Program-made: the position numbers and the translations under genes | Notes under the pieces: model-generated | The model's database searches: none | What the model was told of the DNA's origin: nothing | Seen by the model: only the letters and a program-made list of their open reading frames with translations | Origin: Blastocladiella emersonii ATCC 22665 | Taxonomy: Eukaryota; Fungi; Blastocladiomycota | DNA length: 64,000 bases | Direction of reading: 5' to 3' | Assembly (NCBI GenBank): GCA_025594325.1 | Contig: JANHCV010000001.1 | Coordinates: forward strand, 1,364,001-1,428,000 | Part shown: in pieces, positions 1 to 10,897 of the stretch | Numbering within the stretch: the first letter of the stretch is position 1 | Layout of the letters: every line of letters begins with the position of its first letter

Positions 1-1416
1 CGGCCTTGAGGACGGTGACGAGGTGCTGGATACCCTGGAACTGCTCGGCGAGGACCTTGGTGACCTGGTCGACGTCGGCCTGGGCGAGGGTGGCGCCGTC
101 GACGGCCATGGCGTCGGTCCCGGGCGCGGGGCGGACGTTGGTCTCGACGGTGCGCCACAGCTGGGCGACCTGGCCGGCGTATCGGGTGGGCTTGCGCAGG
201 AGCATGGCGAGCTGCTCGAACTGGGCGCGGATCGCGTCCTCGTCGAGCGACATGGGGACGCCGGCGGCGCGCAGGACCTGGATCTTGGCCAGCAGCTTGA
301 GGAGGCGCGCGGCCTGCTCGGTGTGCTTGCGGCGGTACTCCATGGCGCGCGTGGCCGTGTCGACGAGGTGGCGCTGATGCAGCTTCTCGCAGGTGATGGC
401 AATCTCGCCGAGGCGGTACTGCATGTTCTTGAGGTGCTGGTCCTGCAGCGTCATGCGCTTCTCGAGGTCCTTGAAGCCGACGGCGAGGGCGGGGACGAGG
501 CTGGATGGGTGGTGCGGTGAGTTTGGTACGAGGTCAAGCGTTCGCGATGCAAACGAGCAAGCGCGTACCAGGTCGGGTCCGGGTTGTTCTTGACGGCGTG
601 CTCCCACAGCTTCTCGTCGTCGTTGGGCCCCTTGGTGTACTTTTTCACCTCGCTCGGGTGCACGAGGTTGTAAAAGTAGTGCTTGAACTGGCAGTTGGGC
701 GACAGTGGGTCCCACGCCTCGCGGACCGACTGGATGGTCGATTGTGGGGTCGCCGGCAGCCGCTGCGGGTCTACGCGAGCGGAGTGGGACGGAGTTAGCG
801 GCGCGTCATGGGCCCATAGTACCCGCGCGGAAACGTACATCCGACGGGGACCGAGAAGTTGGCCTGCTGCTGCTGCTGCATCAGGGCTTGCTGCTGCTGC
901 TGTGGCTGGCCGAGCGTCGATCCGCCGAACCCGCTGAGAGTCCCGATCCCGAACGGCTTGGGCGTCCCGGACGCCGCGCCAAAACCGCCGAAACTCGGTG
1001 CCGTGGTGACGGCGGGCGTCGCACCGAACGGCTTGGCCGCGCCGAATCCGAGGGACGGCGTCGCGCCGCCCGGTGCGCTCGCCGCTGGGGCACCGAACGC
1101 GCCAAACGCGGGCGCGGGCGCGGCAGCCGAGCTCGCCGGCGTGGGGGCGAGGGTGCCGAACGAGAAACCGCCCGGCGCGGGGGCAGCGGCGGCCGAGGAC
1201 GCGGGTGCAGCGGCGCCGAACGTGAAGCCCGTGCCTGTTGCAGTCGCCGGCGTCGCGGGAGCGCCTGCTGCAGGCAGGTTGGTGAACGAGAAGCCCCCGG
1301 CGGTTGGCGGGGCCGAGATGGGCGCGGTCGTGGCTAGCAAGGAGAGAGCGGGGCCCAGAGATCAGATCCACGCGAAGACGGCTGCGGTGGGTCGGCGGCA
1401 GCGTACCGAACGACAT
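1..1416 (-). CDS. NUP57: Nucleoporin Nup54/Nup57 (FG-repeat N-terminus plus Nup54 domain); 3' end runs off the window
   Basis: ATG at 1416 and intron 1334-1406 (GTACG..CTAG) lead into the FG-rich exon (GFSF, FGAAKPFG). After two more introns the protein reads AWDPLSPNCQFKHYFYN..LWEHAVKNNPDP and LVPALAVGFKDLEKR, which are typical Nup54 motifs. Confidence 0.85.
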
Positions 1417-1755
1417 GGTCGGCCGGGTCACACGACAAGGGAATGAAGATGGGTTTCGGGGAGGCGGCCGCGGGCAGACGACTGGCAGCGCGTCACGGAT
1501 CTCGGTGCATGGACTCGCGGGTCGGTGGTATCGTTGCGTCGCGGTCGTGTAGAGACGAGGCGCGTCTCAGCGGCATCGCTGCACGGCGCGACGGCGGAGA
1601 GCAAAAGACGCAGAGGCAACGATCAGCCTGAGCCCACGTGGCTGTCTCCGCTCTCTGTCTCTCGCTCCCTCGCCTCGCTGCTCGTCGCTGCTGCTCCCTT
1701 ACCGCCTCTCCAGCAACCCCCAGTCCCGCCAGCGAGCACGGATCCGCAGTCCACC

Positions 1756-3369
1756 ATGGCTCCTGGCAAGGCGAACCCGAACCCCGACGGCTATGCGCCG
1801 GTGCTGCCGCGCATCGCCGAGAGCGCCGACCTCAAGGACCAGCTCGACAAGAAGCTGTACCATGCCGCGCGCGAGGCCGAGAAGCACGTCAAGAAGGCCG
1901 TCGCCTTCGAGACCCAGAAGCTGATCAAGAAGCTCAAGGCCGCGCAGAAGGCCGCTTCCGCTACCGCCGGCTCGCCCGACGCGGCCAAGCTCGAGCAGCG
2001 CATGGCCCGCCTCAAGGCGGCCTCCGTGCCCGCCATGGCCGCCACATGGCTGCACCAGGCCGTCTTCAAGCACGCGTTCCTGCGCGGGATCGCCCCGCTC
2101 GCCGCGCCCGCCGCCGACCTCGCCTTGCCCGACGGCGAGACCGCCTCGCTCGTCAAGGGCAGCAAGGCACTCAAGGCCGGCATCGACGCCGTCACCGCCG
2201 ACCTCGAGCGGTCCGTCGTCCGCCTGTGCCAGGTCCGCGCCGCGCAGCTGCGCAAGGAGCGCACCGAGTCGGGCGAGGCCGCGCCCGCGCCAGCGGCAGC
2301 GGCGGCGAAGAAGTCTGCCGCGTCAAAGAAGAAGAAGGTTGCGCTCCCCGTCGGCAGCGACGGCGAGAGCGACGACTACGTGACCATGAGCAGCGACGAC
2401 GAGGTCGATGCGGGCTCGAGCGATGATGACGACGACGAGGACGCCGAGTGGTCCAGCGGCGAGGTCGACGAGTCGGGCCGCATCGTCAGCTCGGCACCGC
2501 GCTTCTCGGCGCCGAGCGACGACGAGAGCGACGACGCAGTCGACTCGGCAGAAGAGTCGGACTCGGACTTGGATGCCGAGGACGACGACGACGACATGGT
2601 GGTCGAGGACCTGGACGTCGAGGAGCTCGAGCGCATGCTCGCCGAGGAGGAGAACGGGTCCGACGCCGACGCGCCATTGTCGCTCTCGACCGACGACGAG
2701 GAGGACGATGGTGCTGCCGCCGCTGACGGGTACGACTCGGACGGCCTCCCGCTCCCCTCGCCCGCACCAAGGGCACGCGCCGGCAAGTCTGACAAGACCG
2801 ACAAGGCCGCCGCCGCCAAGGACAAGAAGCGCAAGGCTTCGGCCGAGCCGTCTGCCGCCGCCAAGGGCGACGCCAAGCAGCCAGCAGCGAAGAAGCGCAA
2901 GAAGAACCGTCCCGGCCAACAGGCGCGCCGCCAGTACGTTCCCCCGCACTCGTCTCCGCCTCGATCGCACACTCACTCGCCGCTCTCCCCGCTTCGCAGG
3001 CGCTTCATCGACGCGCAGCGCGCCATGGGCGTGAACGTCGAGAACCTGATTGACCGCAACGGCAAGCCGCTCGTGAAACCCGACAAGTCCGCCGCCGCTG
3101 CCGCTGCCGCTCCCGCCCCGGCGCCCGGCACGCTGACCGCGAGCGGCCGTCGCGTGCGCCAGCACATCCCGTCGAGCCAGACCCGCGCCGTGCCGCAGCC
3201 CGCCCCCGCACCAAGGGTCGAGGAGCCGCCCAAGCCCAAGCCCGCGGCGCAGCCCGAACACGTCGGGCCCATGCACCCGAGTTGGGAGGCCAAGCGCCGC
3301 GAAAAGGAGCGCCTCGAGAAGCTCAAGGCCGCGCCCAAGGCCTCGCTCATCACGTTCGACGACGAGTGA
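1756..3369 (+). CDS. BUD22: Bud22/SRFBP1-like ribosome biogenesis protein
   Basis: Helical N-terminus, long acidic middle, KKKNRPGQQARR motif and C-terminal MHPSWEAKRR..ITFDD. In-frame intron at 2934-2999. Confidence 0.75.
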   Translation: MAPGKANPNPDGYAPVLPRIAESADLKDQLDKKLYHAAREAEKHVKKAVAFETQKLIKKLKAAQKAASATAGSPDAAKLEQRMARLKAASVPAMAATWLHQAVFKHAFLRGIAPLAAPAADLALPDGETASLVKGSKALKAGIDAVTADLERSVVRLCQVRAAQLRKERTESGEAAPAPAAAAAKKSAASKKKKVALPVGSDGESDDYVTMSSDDEVDAGSSDDDDDEDAEWSSGEVDESGRIVSSAPRFSAPSDDESDDAVDSAEESDSDLDAEDDDDDMVVEDLDVEELERMLAEEENGSDADAPLSLSTDDEEDDGAAAADGYDSDGLPLPSPAPRARAGKSDKTDKAAAAKDKKRKASAEPSAAAKGDAKQPAAKKRKKNRPGQQARRQYVPPHSSPPRSHTHSPLSPLRRRFIDAQRAMGVNVENLIDRNGKPLVKPDKSAAAAAAAPAPAPGTLTASGRRVRQHIPSSQTRAVPQPAPAPRVEEPPKPKPAAQPEHVGPMHPSWEAKRREKERLEKLKAAPKASLITFDDE

Positions 3370-3410
3370 GTGGACCATGGATATATATACAGCTAGTGAA
3401 CCCCACACGA

Positions 3411-6326
3411 TCACCGGCCCGCATTTGGCATCCGCGACCGTGCGAGTTGCAGCGTGACGGCCTCGAGCTACACGAACGCGAGAAAGAGAGGGATGAGCGA
3501 ATTCGTCATCGGTGTGCGGAGTAGCGAACGGACCTGCTTCTCGAGCGCGACGACGCGCGCCTCGGCCTTGGTGCAGCGCAGGTACAGCGCCGCATCGGTG
3601 CCCGTCGCCGGATTCGGAAGCGGGTTCGGTGGCTACGAGCACGCGAGTGAGCAACGAGCACTTTAGCACCTTCCGAAGGCCGAGGATAGCGTACCGGCCG
3701 CGCGTCGGATCCATGGCCAAGGAACGACGAGGTCGCAGGGAGTGCTACAGACAAGTGGGCGCAACGCGTCAGGACCAATCACATTGCTGCACCGCAGGAC
3801 ACGCACCTTGACCCGGACCCGCGCGGTGGCTCGCGACGAGCGCCTCGAGCTTCTGAATCACCTGCTCCTGCTGCTTGGCGAGCCGCTTGAGCCGCTCCAT
3901 CTTCTTGCGCGACACCTGGATCAGCCGCGGTCAGTGTACGTCCGTCGCGACCAGCCCCGCGATGGGCGACCGCGACCGCGGACGTACCTCGAGCTCCTGC
4001 AACTGCAGTTGTTGCTGCGCGAGGACCTGCTGCAGATCCTTGACCTCATCTGATGCAGAGCCCTAAAAATCAGCGTGATGAGGGTTGGGAGTGAGTCAAA
4101 AGATCTTCCGCGCCGCCCCCGGCGCAGCATTGCGGCGCGCGCTACCCCGCGTTCGCGACCACGTACCGCTGCCCCCGGCGCGCGATTTTGCACCGCTCCG
4201 CCTCCGATCCGCCCGGGCGCCGATTCGAGCGCCTTGAACGCCGCCTGGAGCTGCGCTAAGCATACGGGGCGCGCACGGGCGTCAGTGAAGGGACTGATCG
4301 GGGCGACGCGAGGACCGCATATACCGAAGCGATGGACGAGCTCCTCGTGCGGCAGCGACTCGGCGTACCCGGCCGGCAGCGACGCGGCGGATCGTGCGTC
4401 CTCGAGCCGCTGCTCCATCTGCCCGCACTCGACCTGCAGCCGCCGCTTCTCGATGCGCAGCTCCATGATGGCGTTGGCCATGTCCTGGAACTCGTTGGCG
4501 AGGTCCGTCGACTGTGCCTACAAGGTGTATGTATGCGTCAGTTCTCGTACCAGCAATCGGCAGCGATAAAAACGTACCGGCTCGAGCGCAGGCAAATCAA
4601 CGCTCTCGTCGCCATGCTCACCGTCGTCCGCCATGCCGGCCGATGCCGCCGCAGCCGCCGCCGCCGCGCCGCGCGGGACCTGGACCCGGACGTCGACGTG
4701 CAGGTAGATCTTCTGCCGGCCCGTCTGGCTCTGGAACACAGGCGTCGGGAACACGCGGACGCGGTGCTCGGCCGCCTCCCCGCGCGCGACGGGCGCGAGC
4801 GGGAGCGACGCGTACCCGAACAGCTGGTACTCGTTGCCGAGCAGGACGTAGACGCGGAACACGAGCTCGGCGCGCGCGTTGAGCAGGCGCGCGGTCGTGA
4901 CGGGGACCACGGCGTGGTGATTCCACTTGAAGGGCGCGCCCGTGACGGCGGCGCGCGTCGACTGGCTCACGGCGTACTTTTCCGGCTGGTGCGCGTTTGT
5001 CTGGTACGCCGTGGCCCACGCGTTGCCGCACCCGGTGTGGTCGAAGGCGAGGACGGGGAACCGCGGCAGCGCGCACGGTTTCGTCGCCCCGAGCATGTCG
5101 GCGAGGAACGCGTCGTGGTCGACCAGGCACGTCGTGTGCAGGATGCACCGGCCGCGGACGGGCAGCGGCACCGACGTCTCGCGGATGTGCAGGTGGACCA
5201 GGCCCATGGTGTGCGTCGGGTAGTGCGGGGCGAGCGACGCGAGCGTCGGCGCGGCGAGGTCGGTGCACGTCAGCAGGACGGCGAGCTCGAGCACGTCGAG
5301 CTTCAGCGTCAGCGGGACCTGCGTGAGCGACGGCAGGGCGGCGCCGGGCAGCGGGATCGGGAACTTGACGCGGGCCTTGTCTTTTTCGAGGACCGCAAGG
5401 GTGACGAGCGTCGTACCCGAGTAGTGCGAGTCGACGACGGCGCCAAACGTCTGCGAGAGGTACACGGTGCTAGATTCGCGCGCGCCGGGTCAGTTCACGC
5501 GCCAAGGTTGAAACCCAGCGGCGTACTCGGAGGAGACGAGGAACGGCGGGCACTTGGCCTTGACCGCGGTCCCCTGCATGAGCGCGAGGTGGATCGACTG
5601 GTTCTTGAATGCGTGCGCGTTTCGGATGGCCACCACCGTCAGCACGACCCGTTTGCCGCACAGTCCGGGGCCCGGAACTAGGAGCAGAAACGGCGTGTCA
5701 GCCGAGCCCCGCGACGTAGCGGTTCACGTACGGTGCTCGTCCTCGGGCGACTCGCGCCGCGTCTCGGCCCCCTCCTCAGCGGCTCCCTCGACCTCCTCGT
5801 CGGCCGCACTCGGCGCCGCGGCCACGCGCCCGTCCTTACTCTCGAGCAACCGGGCAACCGCTTTGACGGACCCGACGGGCTCGCGGTGCGCAGCGTCGAG
5901 GAGCTGGAGCGCGGGCCCGCCCTCGACGAGCGCCGACGCGTGCGCCTCGGCCTTGGCGGCGAGGATCGGGCCGTCAGCGGCGAGCTCGAACAGCTCGAGC
6001 GTGACGAGCGGGTCGGCGGGTGCAGCGGGACCGGCCGCGGGCCTGTTGGCGACCTTGCTCCCGCGGAGTCGCCCCGCGCCCCACATCGACTTGGCGGCAG
6101 CGGCAGGCGGTTCGCCCGGCGCGCCCGTGGCAGGCGCTGCAGTGGCGGCATCGGCGGTGAGCTTGAAGTGAAACCTGGTGAGCTGGAACCGCGGGGTGAG
6201 CGAGGGCTCGGCGGCGACGTCGGTGCGGAGCGCGTTCCCGCCCGCGACGCCGACGCGCACGAACACGAGTTTCGGCGGGTCGTGCAGCAGCTCGAGCTCG
6301 GCGATCTGGACAAAGACAACGCGCAT
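3411..6326 (-). CDS. Multi-exon C2-domain and coiled-coil protein, CCDC33-like
   Basis: Two or more C2-like beta-rich regions (MRVVFVQIAELE..; ELVFRVYV..LFGYASLPL). Splicing short GT..AG introns joins coiled-coil exons DMANAIMELRIEKRRL, KQQEQVIQKLE and AEARVVALEKQ/L, ending at TGA 3411-3413. The motifs resemble CCDC33 from recall. Confidence 0.55.
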
Positions 6327-6463
6327 AGTGGGATGTTCATTCGATTGGCATGGCGGGCGGTGGTGAGGGGTTCGGGGAGAGGGAGCGCGAGGAAGCGCGA
6401 GTGGGAAAAAAGCAACGCGTCGTCACCAGGTCGCGTCGCAAACTCTAAATCGGCGTGTAGGCG

Positions 6464-6468
6464 AAAAA
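6464..6468 (-). terminator. RNA Pol III oligo-T terminator of tRNA-Thr
   Basis: TTTTT on the minus strand about 9 nt downstream of the tRNA 3' end. Confidence 0.6.
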
Positions 6469-6476
6469 GAGGAACG

Positions 6477-6548
6477 TGCCCTCACCGAGGATCGAACTCG
6501 GGACCTTTGGTTTACAAGACCAACGCACTACCACTGTGCTATAAGGGC
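6477..6548 (-). tRNA. tRNA-Thr (anticodon UGU), intronless
   Basis: Minus strand reads GCCCTTATAGCACAGTGGTAGTGCGTTGGTCTTGTAAACCAAAGGTCCCGAGTTCGATCCTCGGTGAGGGCA. The acceptor stem pairs, the anticodon stem is TTGGT/ACCAA with loop CT-TGT-AA, and the T-loop is GTTCGATC. Confidence 0.95.
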
Positions 6549-6675
6549 AGATGCTTTGCATGTTGGCCTGAGCGATCTAATACTCAATGCCTTTCACGTG
6601 CGGATGGACGTCGCGCTCCGTGACCCAAGGCGAGGCTTGCGACGCGACTTCCTCCCTCACAGCACCCAACCGCAA

Positions 6676-7677
6676 ATGAAGCTCATTCTCGCACTCTTAG
6701 CTCTTGCATTTATCGCACTCGGTGCAGCTTACGCCGACACCCGATGCGCGCCGCTCCTGTCCATGGCCGACGCGGCGGCCGCTGGCGGGGCTGAGCTCGT
6801 GACGGCTCCCGACGGTCCCTACGCGAACCTCACCCTCTCCGACCTCGCAACCGTGCCCAACCTGCGCATTGCCATCAACTACGGCGACCAGTGCTGCAAA
6901 CGGGCCCAACCGCGCAACTGCGCAACGGCGCTCGCGCACGGCGCCGACGCGTGCATCGCGTACCGGCGCGCAGCCATCGCGCCTGCCTTTCACGCCGCGC
7001 ACGCGCGCATCCTCGACACGCGCCGCGGCGCCGGGCTGTGGCTGTGGAAGCCGTACGTGATCGCGCACGCGCTGTGCAGCGTGCACCCGTCGGCCACGGT
7101 GCTGTACATGGACGCGGCGTCGGACGTGACCGCGCCGCTCGCACCCGTGTTCGCGCTCCCGCACGCGTGGCGGCAGGGCGTGGTCCCGTTCATCGCGCCA
7201 GCGCGCGAGCGCGAGGCCGAGTACTCGCGGGCCGACGTGTGGCGGGCGATGCTCCCGGCGTACGCGGGCGTGAGCGAGGAGGAGGTCGTTGACACGCCGC
7301 AGATGCTCGCCGGGTTCTCGGTGTGGTCGCGCGCCGTGGAGCTGCCGCCGGCCGCCGCGGCCATCGACGCGCAACTCATCGACGCGTCATCCCCGCCCGA
7401 CTCACTCGCCCTCACGCGCACCGCGTACCCGCGCGACGCGCTCGACTGGTCGCTCGCGTGGCTCGCGTGGTCGACGGTGCCCGGGCTCCTCGACGACACG
7501 CCGCTCAACGCGTCGGGCGAGCCGAACGCGGCCGGGTTCCGCGAGCACACGCACGACCAGTCCGTGTTCTCAGTGCTCGCCAAGGCGACGCGGCTGCGCG
7601 CGGCCATGGACCCGACGGGGCAGTACGGCGGCGGCCACGAGGATGTGTGGGTCAACCTGCACCGCGATCGGTCGTAG
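6676..7677 (+). CDS. Secreted or membrane-anchored putative glycosyltransferase-like protein (WKPY / YxDA / HxHDQS motifs)
   Basis: Hydrophobic signal peptide MKLILALLALAFIALGAAYA, then GAGLWLWKPYVI, VLYMDA and FREHTHDQSVFSVL. No introns are evident. Confidence 0.65.
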   Translation: MKLILALLALAFIALGAAYADTRCAPLLSMADAAAAGGAELVTAPDGPYANLTLSDLATVPNLRIAINYGDQCCKRAQPRNCATALAHGADACIAYRRAAIAPAFHAAHARILDTRRGAGLWLWKPYVIAHALCSVHPSATVLYMDAASDVTAPLAPVFALPHAWRQGVVPFIAPAREREAEYSRADVWRAMLPAYAGVSEEEVVDTPQMLAGFSVWSRAVELPPAAAAIDAQLIDASSPPDSLALTRTAYPRDALDWSLAWLAWSTVPGLLDDTPLNASGEPNAAGFREHTHDQSVFSVLAKATRLRAAMDPTGQYGGGHEDVWVNLHRDRS

Positions 7678-7781
7678 CTAGACTTTTATAGACACAAAAT
7701 TGGATGAAGACCACGGAGAGAGGCGAGGCGGGGCGAGGCGGAGGAGAGAGTGAATGGATGGTATGATGGGATGGAGGAGGA

Positions 7782-10762
7782 TCACCGCCAGCCGTGCGGT
7801 GGAGGCGGCGGCGGCGGGTCGTGATGGCCGCTTGGACCACCAGCGGGACCGTGCGGCCAGTTGTACGGCGGCGGCGGCGGTGGATGTCGCTGCGGCGGAA
7901 GCTGGTCGGCCGCGTATCCGTGCCCGTGCCCGTGGCCGTGGCCGTGGCCATGGTGGTGGTGCACGTACATTCCGGGCGGGGGCGGTGGCGGCGGGGAAGC
8001 CACGCTGTACGGGTCGGCGTCATACCCGCCCGAGTACGGGTCGTACGGCCCAGGCGGCGGGGGCGGCGGCAGTGGCTGTAATGGCGCCATGGCGAGCGCG
8101 TCCATGTCGAACCCGCCCGCGGCGGCCGCTACCGTGTCGCTGCTGCCGCCGGCGCCGTACTGGTGGTACGGGTCCCAGCCGGCCGATGTGGGCGGTGGTG
8201 GCGGCGGCGGTGGTGGATGTTGCGCGAACTGGCCGTGGCTCGGCGGCGGCGGGCGCGACCGAGAGCCCAATGGCGGGGCCCAGTGCGCGGCGGAACTCGA
8301 CGCAAACGACGGCTGGGGGTGGTGCGGCGCGTCCCACGGGCCCGGGTATCGCTGCTGCTGCTGCTGCATCCCGTCCTGGTACATGTAGGGCGGCACGGGG
8401 TTGCTGAGCGTGCGGCGCGCGGACCGGTCGGGCATCGGCGCGCGCCCGGGATCCACGACGGGCGCCGGCGCGCCGCTGAGCGACGAGGCGGCCGTGTTGT
8501 TGGCCCACGAGTTGGCGGACAGGACGACGCCCGTGTCATGGGCGGACGTGGATGGGGTCGGGGTCGGCGAGAAGCCGGGGAACGGGGCGAGGGAGAGCGG
8601 GAGAAACGGTTCCACCGCACGTTCACCCGCCGCGGCGGCTGCAGCTGCAGCAGCGGCGGCGGCGGCCGCGGAAGCACCTGGCTGGTGTGGCGGCGCAGCG
8701 GGGACCGCAAAGGAGGCGGGCGCGCTCGACGTGGATCCATCGGGGGACCGCGACTGCGTGTCGGCGCCGCCACCGGTGCCGTCGCTACGCCCGCCACCGC
8801 CGCCGCCGCCCGCGCGGCGCGCGCCGTCGTCCGGGCGCCCGGTGCCGCTCGGGATGCGCGAGTAGTGCGACTCGCCGTAGTGGCCGGGCGAGCGGCCGCG
8901 CACGAGGAACGGTTCCGACGTTGCGCGCGCAACGCAGACGGTGCCCACAACGGCGTCGTCGGTGCGCGCGAGCAGTTCGACGCGCAGGCGGAACAGCTGG
9001 CGCGGGGTGCCGACGCGCGACACGTTGGGCGTCGACCGCTTGAACTGGACGCGCTCGAAGACGGCCTGGCGGCGGTCGGCGAGCGTGTCGCCGTGGGCGT
9101 CGACGGTGACGACCTCGTCGAGCGAGCCGCCCGGGTGGCACACGCGCGGCGCGATCTCCGAGACGGGTCCGCGGTCGCGCTTGACGGTGAGCTGGACGAG
9201 GCCGACGGGCTCCTCGACGTTCGTGGTGCCCTTGATGGAGAAGGCCGAGATGGAGATGAGGAACTCGGACACGGCGTGCCACACGCCGGGCGCGACTTCG
9301 ACGTGGCACGGGAGCCGCAGCTCGTGCAGCGGGATCGGGGCGGGCGCGGCGGGCGGCTGGTGCGGGGCCATGTCGAAGGCGGCGGTGATCTTGGCGTAGT
9401 TGCGGCGGTAGCACGTCAGGATGTCGTCGATGAGGTAGAAGCCGGGCCCGAACCGCGCCTTGACGGTCGCGGCGAACCGCACGCCCGTCGCGGGGTCGGC
9501 GACGGCGCACAGCTGCTCGGACGTGAAGGTGGGCGACAGCTCGTGCGGCGCCGATGGGCCGCGCGGACGGGGGAGGAACATGGACGCATGGTCGGTGTCG
9601 CCCGGCGGCGAGTAGAGCTGCTGCTGTTGCGGTTGCTGCTGTTGGTGGTCGGCCATCGGAGCCGGAGCCGGCGGCGCAGGCCGGTCGCGCTCGCGGGGCC
9701 AAAAGTGGCCGTCGGGGAGACCCGCAGCGGCATCGTCGAAATGGTGGTGCTGCGGCGGCGAGACGAGGGCCGAGGATGGATCCAGGTGCCACGGATCGTA
9801 GGGTGCCGACGCGGGCGCGGGCGCGGGCGCGAGGGGCGGCGGGCGCCAGGCCGAGTCGCGGGCGGGCGGCGGGTACGGGCGCGCGGGCGGGTGGTGCGAG
9901 TACGGCTGGTGGGGTGGATGCGTGTGCGCGTGCGGGTCGAGGTGGAGGTGGTCCAGCTGCCGTGCGGCGAATTGGGGCGCCGCTGCCGGACCCGCCGCCG
10001 CTGGATCCGTGTGCCAGGCGGCGGCGGCGGCGGGGTGGGCCGTGTGCTGCGGGTGGTGCATGCGTGCGCGTCCCTGGGCGGGCGCGTGGCGCACGGACGC
10101 GTCGGTGACGTTGTTGGCGGCGGGCGGCGTCGCGTTTGGAGCCATGCGCAGCGGCAGCGGTGGCCCCGCAGCCCCCGATCCGCCGCCCCCGCCGCCAAAA
10201 TTGCGCCCGCTGCTTGCGCCGGCCCCCGCGCTTGCCGCAACGGGATCGCGGGCTGGGTTGCCGCCGCCGACACCAGACGAGCCAGTCGACGAGGTCAGTG
10301 CGCTGGAGCCAGTGCTGCCGCCGCCGACCGTGAGCCCCGAGCTCGACGCGGACCCGGAGCTGGTGCCCGACACGGACGCGGACCCGGATGCGTCGCCGTA
10401 CGCCGCCATTGGGCCGAGTCGTGGAAGAAGCGCGAGCGAGGGTGGTGGGTTGGAGCTAGGAATAGTGCGTCAGTTTCGATCGCGGCGCGCGTACGAGTGA
10501 ACCATGGCGTACGTGCTGATGCTCGGTGCGGCAAACGAGGTCGCCGATCCGTGTCCAGCGGCTGTTGATGTGGTCTGAGACACGTCTTGGCCCCACACGG
10601 AGCGGTCTGGCGCGCCGAGGACGCGAACAGGGACGAAGCCCGTTGATCGCGGCGGCTCCTGCTGCTGCTGTTGCGCGTGGGGAGGCGACGCCGAGGGCGA
10701 GAGGGGCGGACCGGCGGCCGCGGGCAGCTGCCTGTTCGAGGGCGGCTGCGGGTTCCTCGACA

Positions 10763-10763
<1 letters not shown>
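7782..10763 (-). CDS. NDT80: NDT80/PhoG-family transcription factor
   Basis: Contains LTCYRRNY, LVQLTVKRDRGP, VFERVQFK and SEPFLVRGRSPGHY. Intron 10456-10512 (GTACGC..CTGAC..CTAG) joins an upstream exon in frame. The start at 10763 is tentative; an alternative lies at 10988. Confidence 0.85.
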
Positions 10764-10795
<32 letters not shown>

Positions 10796-10847
10796 AGCGC
10801 GCGAGGACGGTCGGGGTAATGGTGGCTGCGGGTCGAGCGGCTGTGCC

Positions 10848-10897
10848 AGATACGCGTGTGTCAGTGCCGTGGAGATACGCGTGTGTCAGTGCCGTGG
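10848..10897. repeat. Perfect 25-bp tandem duplication (AGATACGCGTGTGTCAGTGCCGTGG x2)
   Basis: Read directly from the sequence, just upstream of the proposed NDT80 start. Confidence 0.9.

Noticed and set aside
7691-7699. GACACAAAA, a perfect MSE (Ndt80 site) next to NDT80
   Set aside because: It lies in the AT-rich 3' spacer between convergent genes, not in a promoter, and is likely chance.
10848-10897. 25-bp direct repeat as a CRISPR-like array
   Set aside because: There are only two abutting copies with no spacer, in a eukaryotic context.
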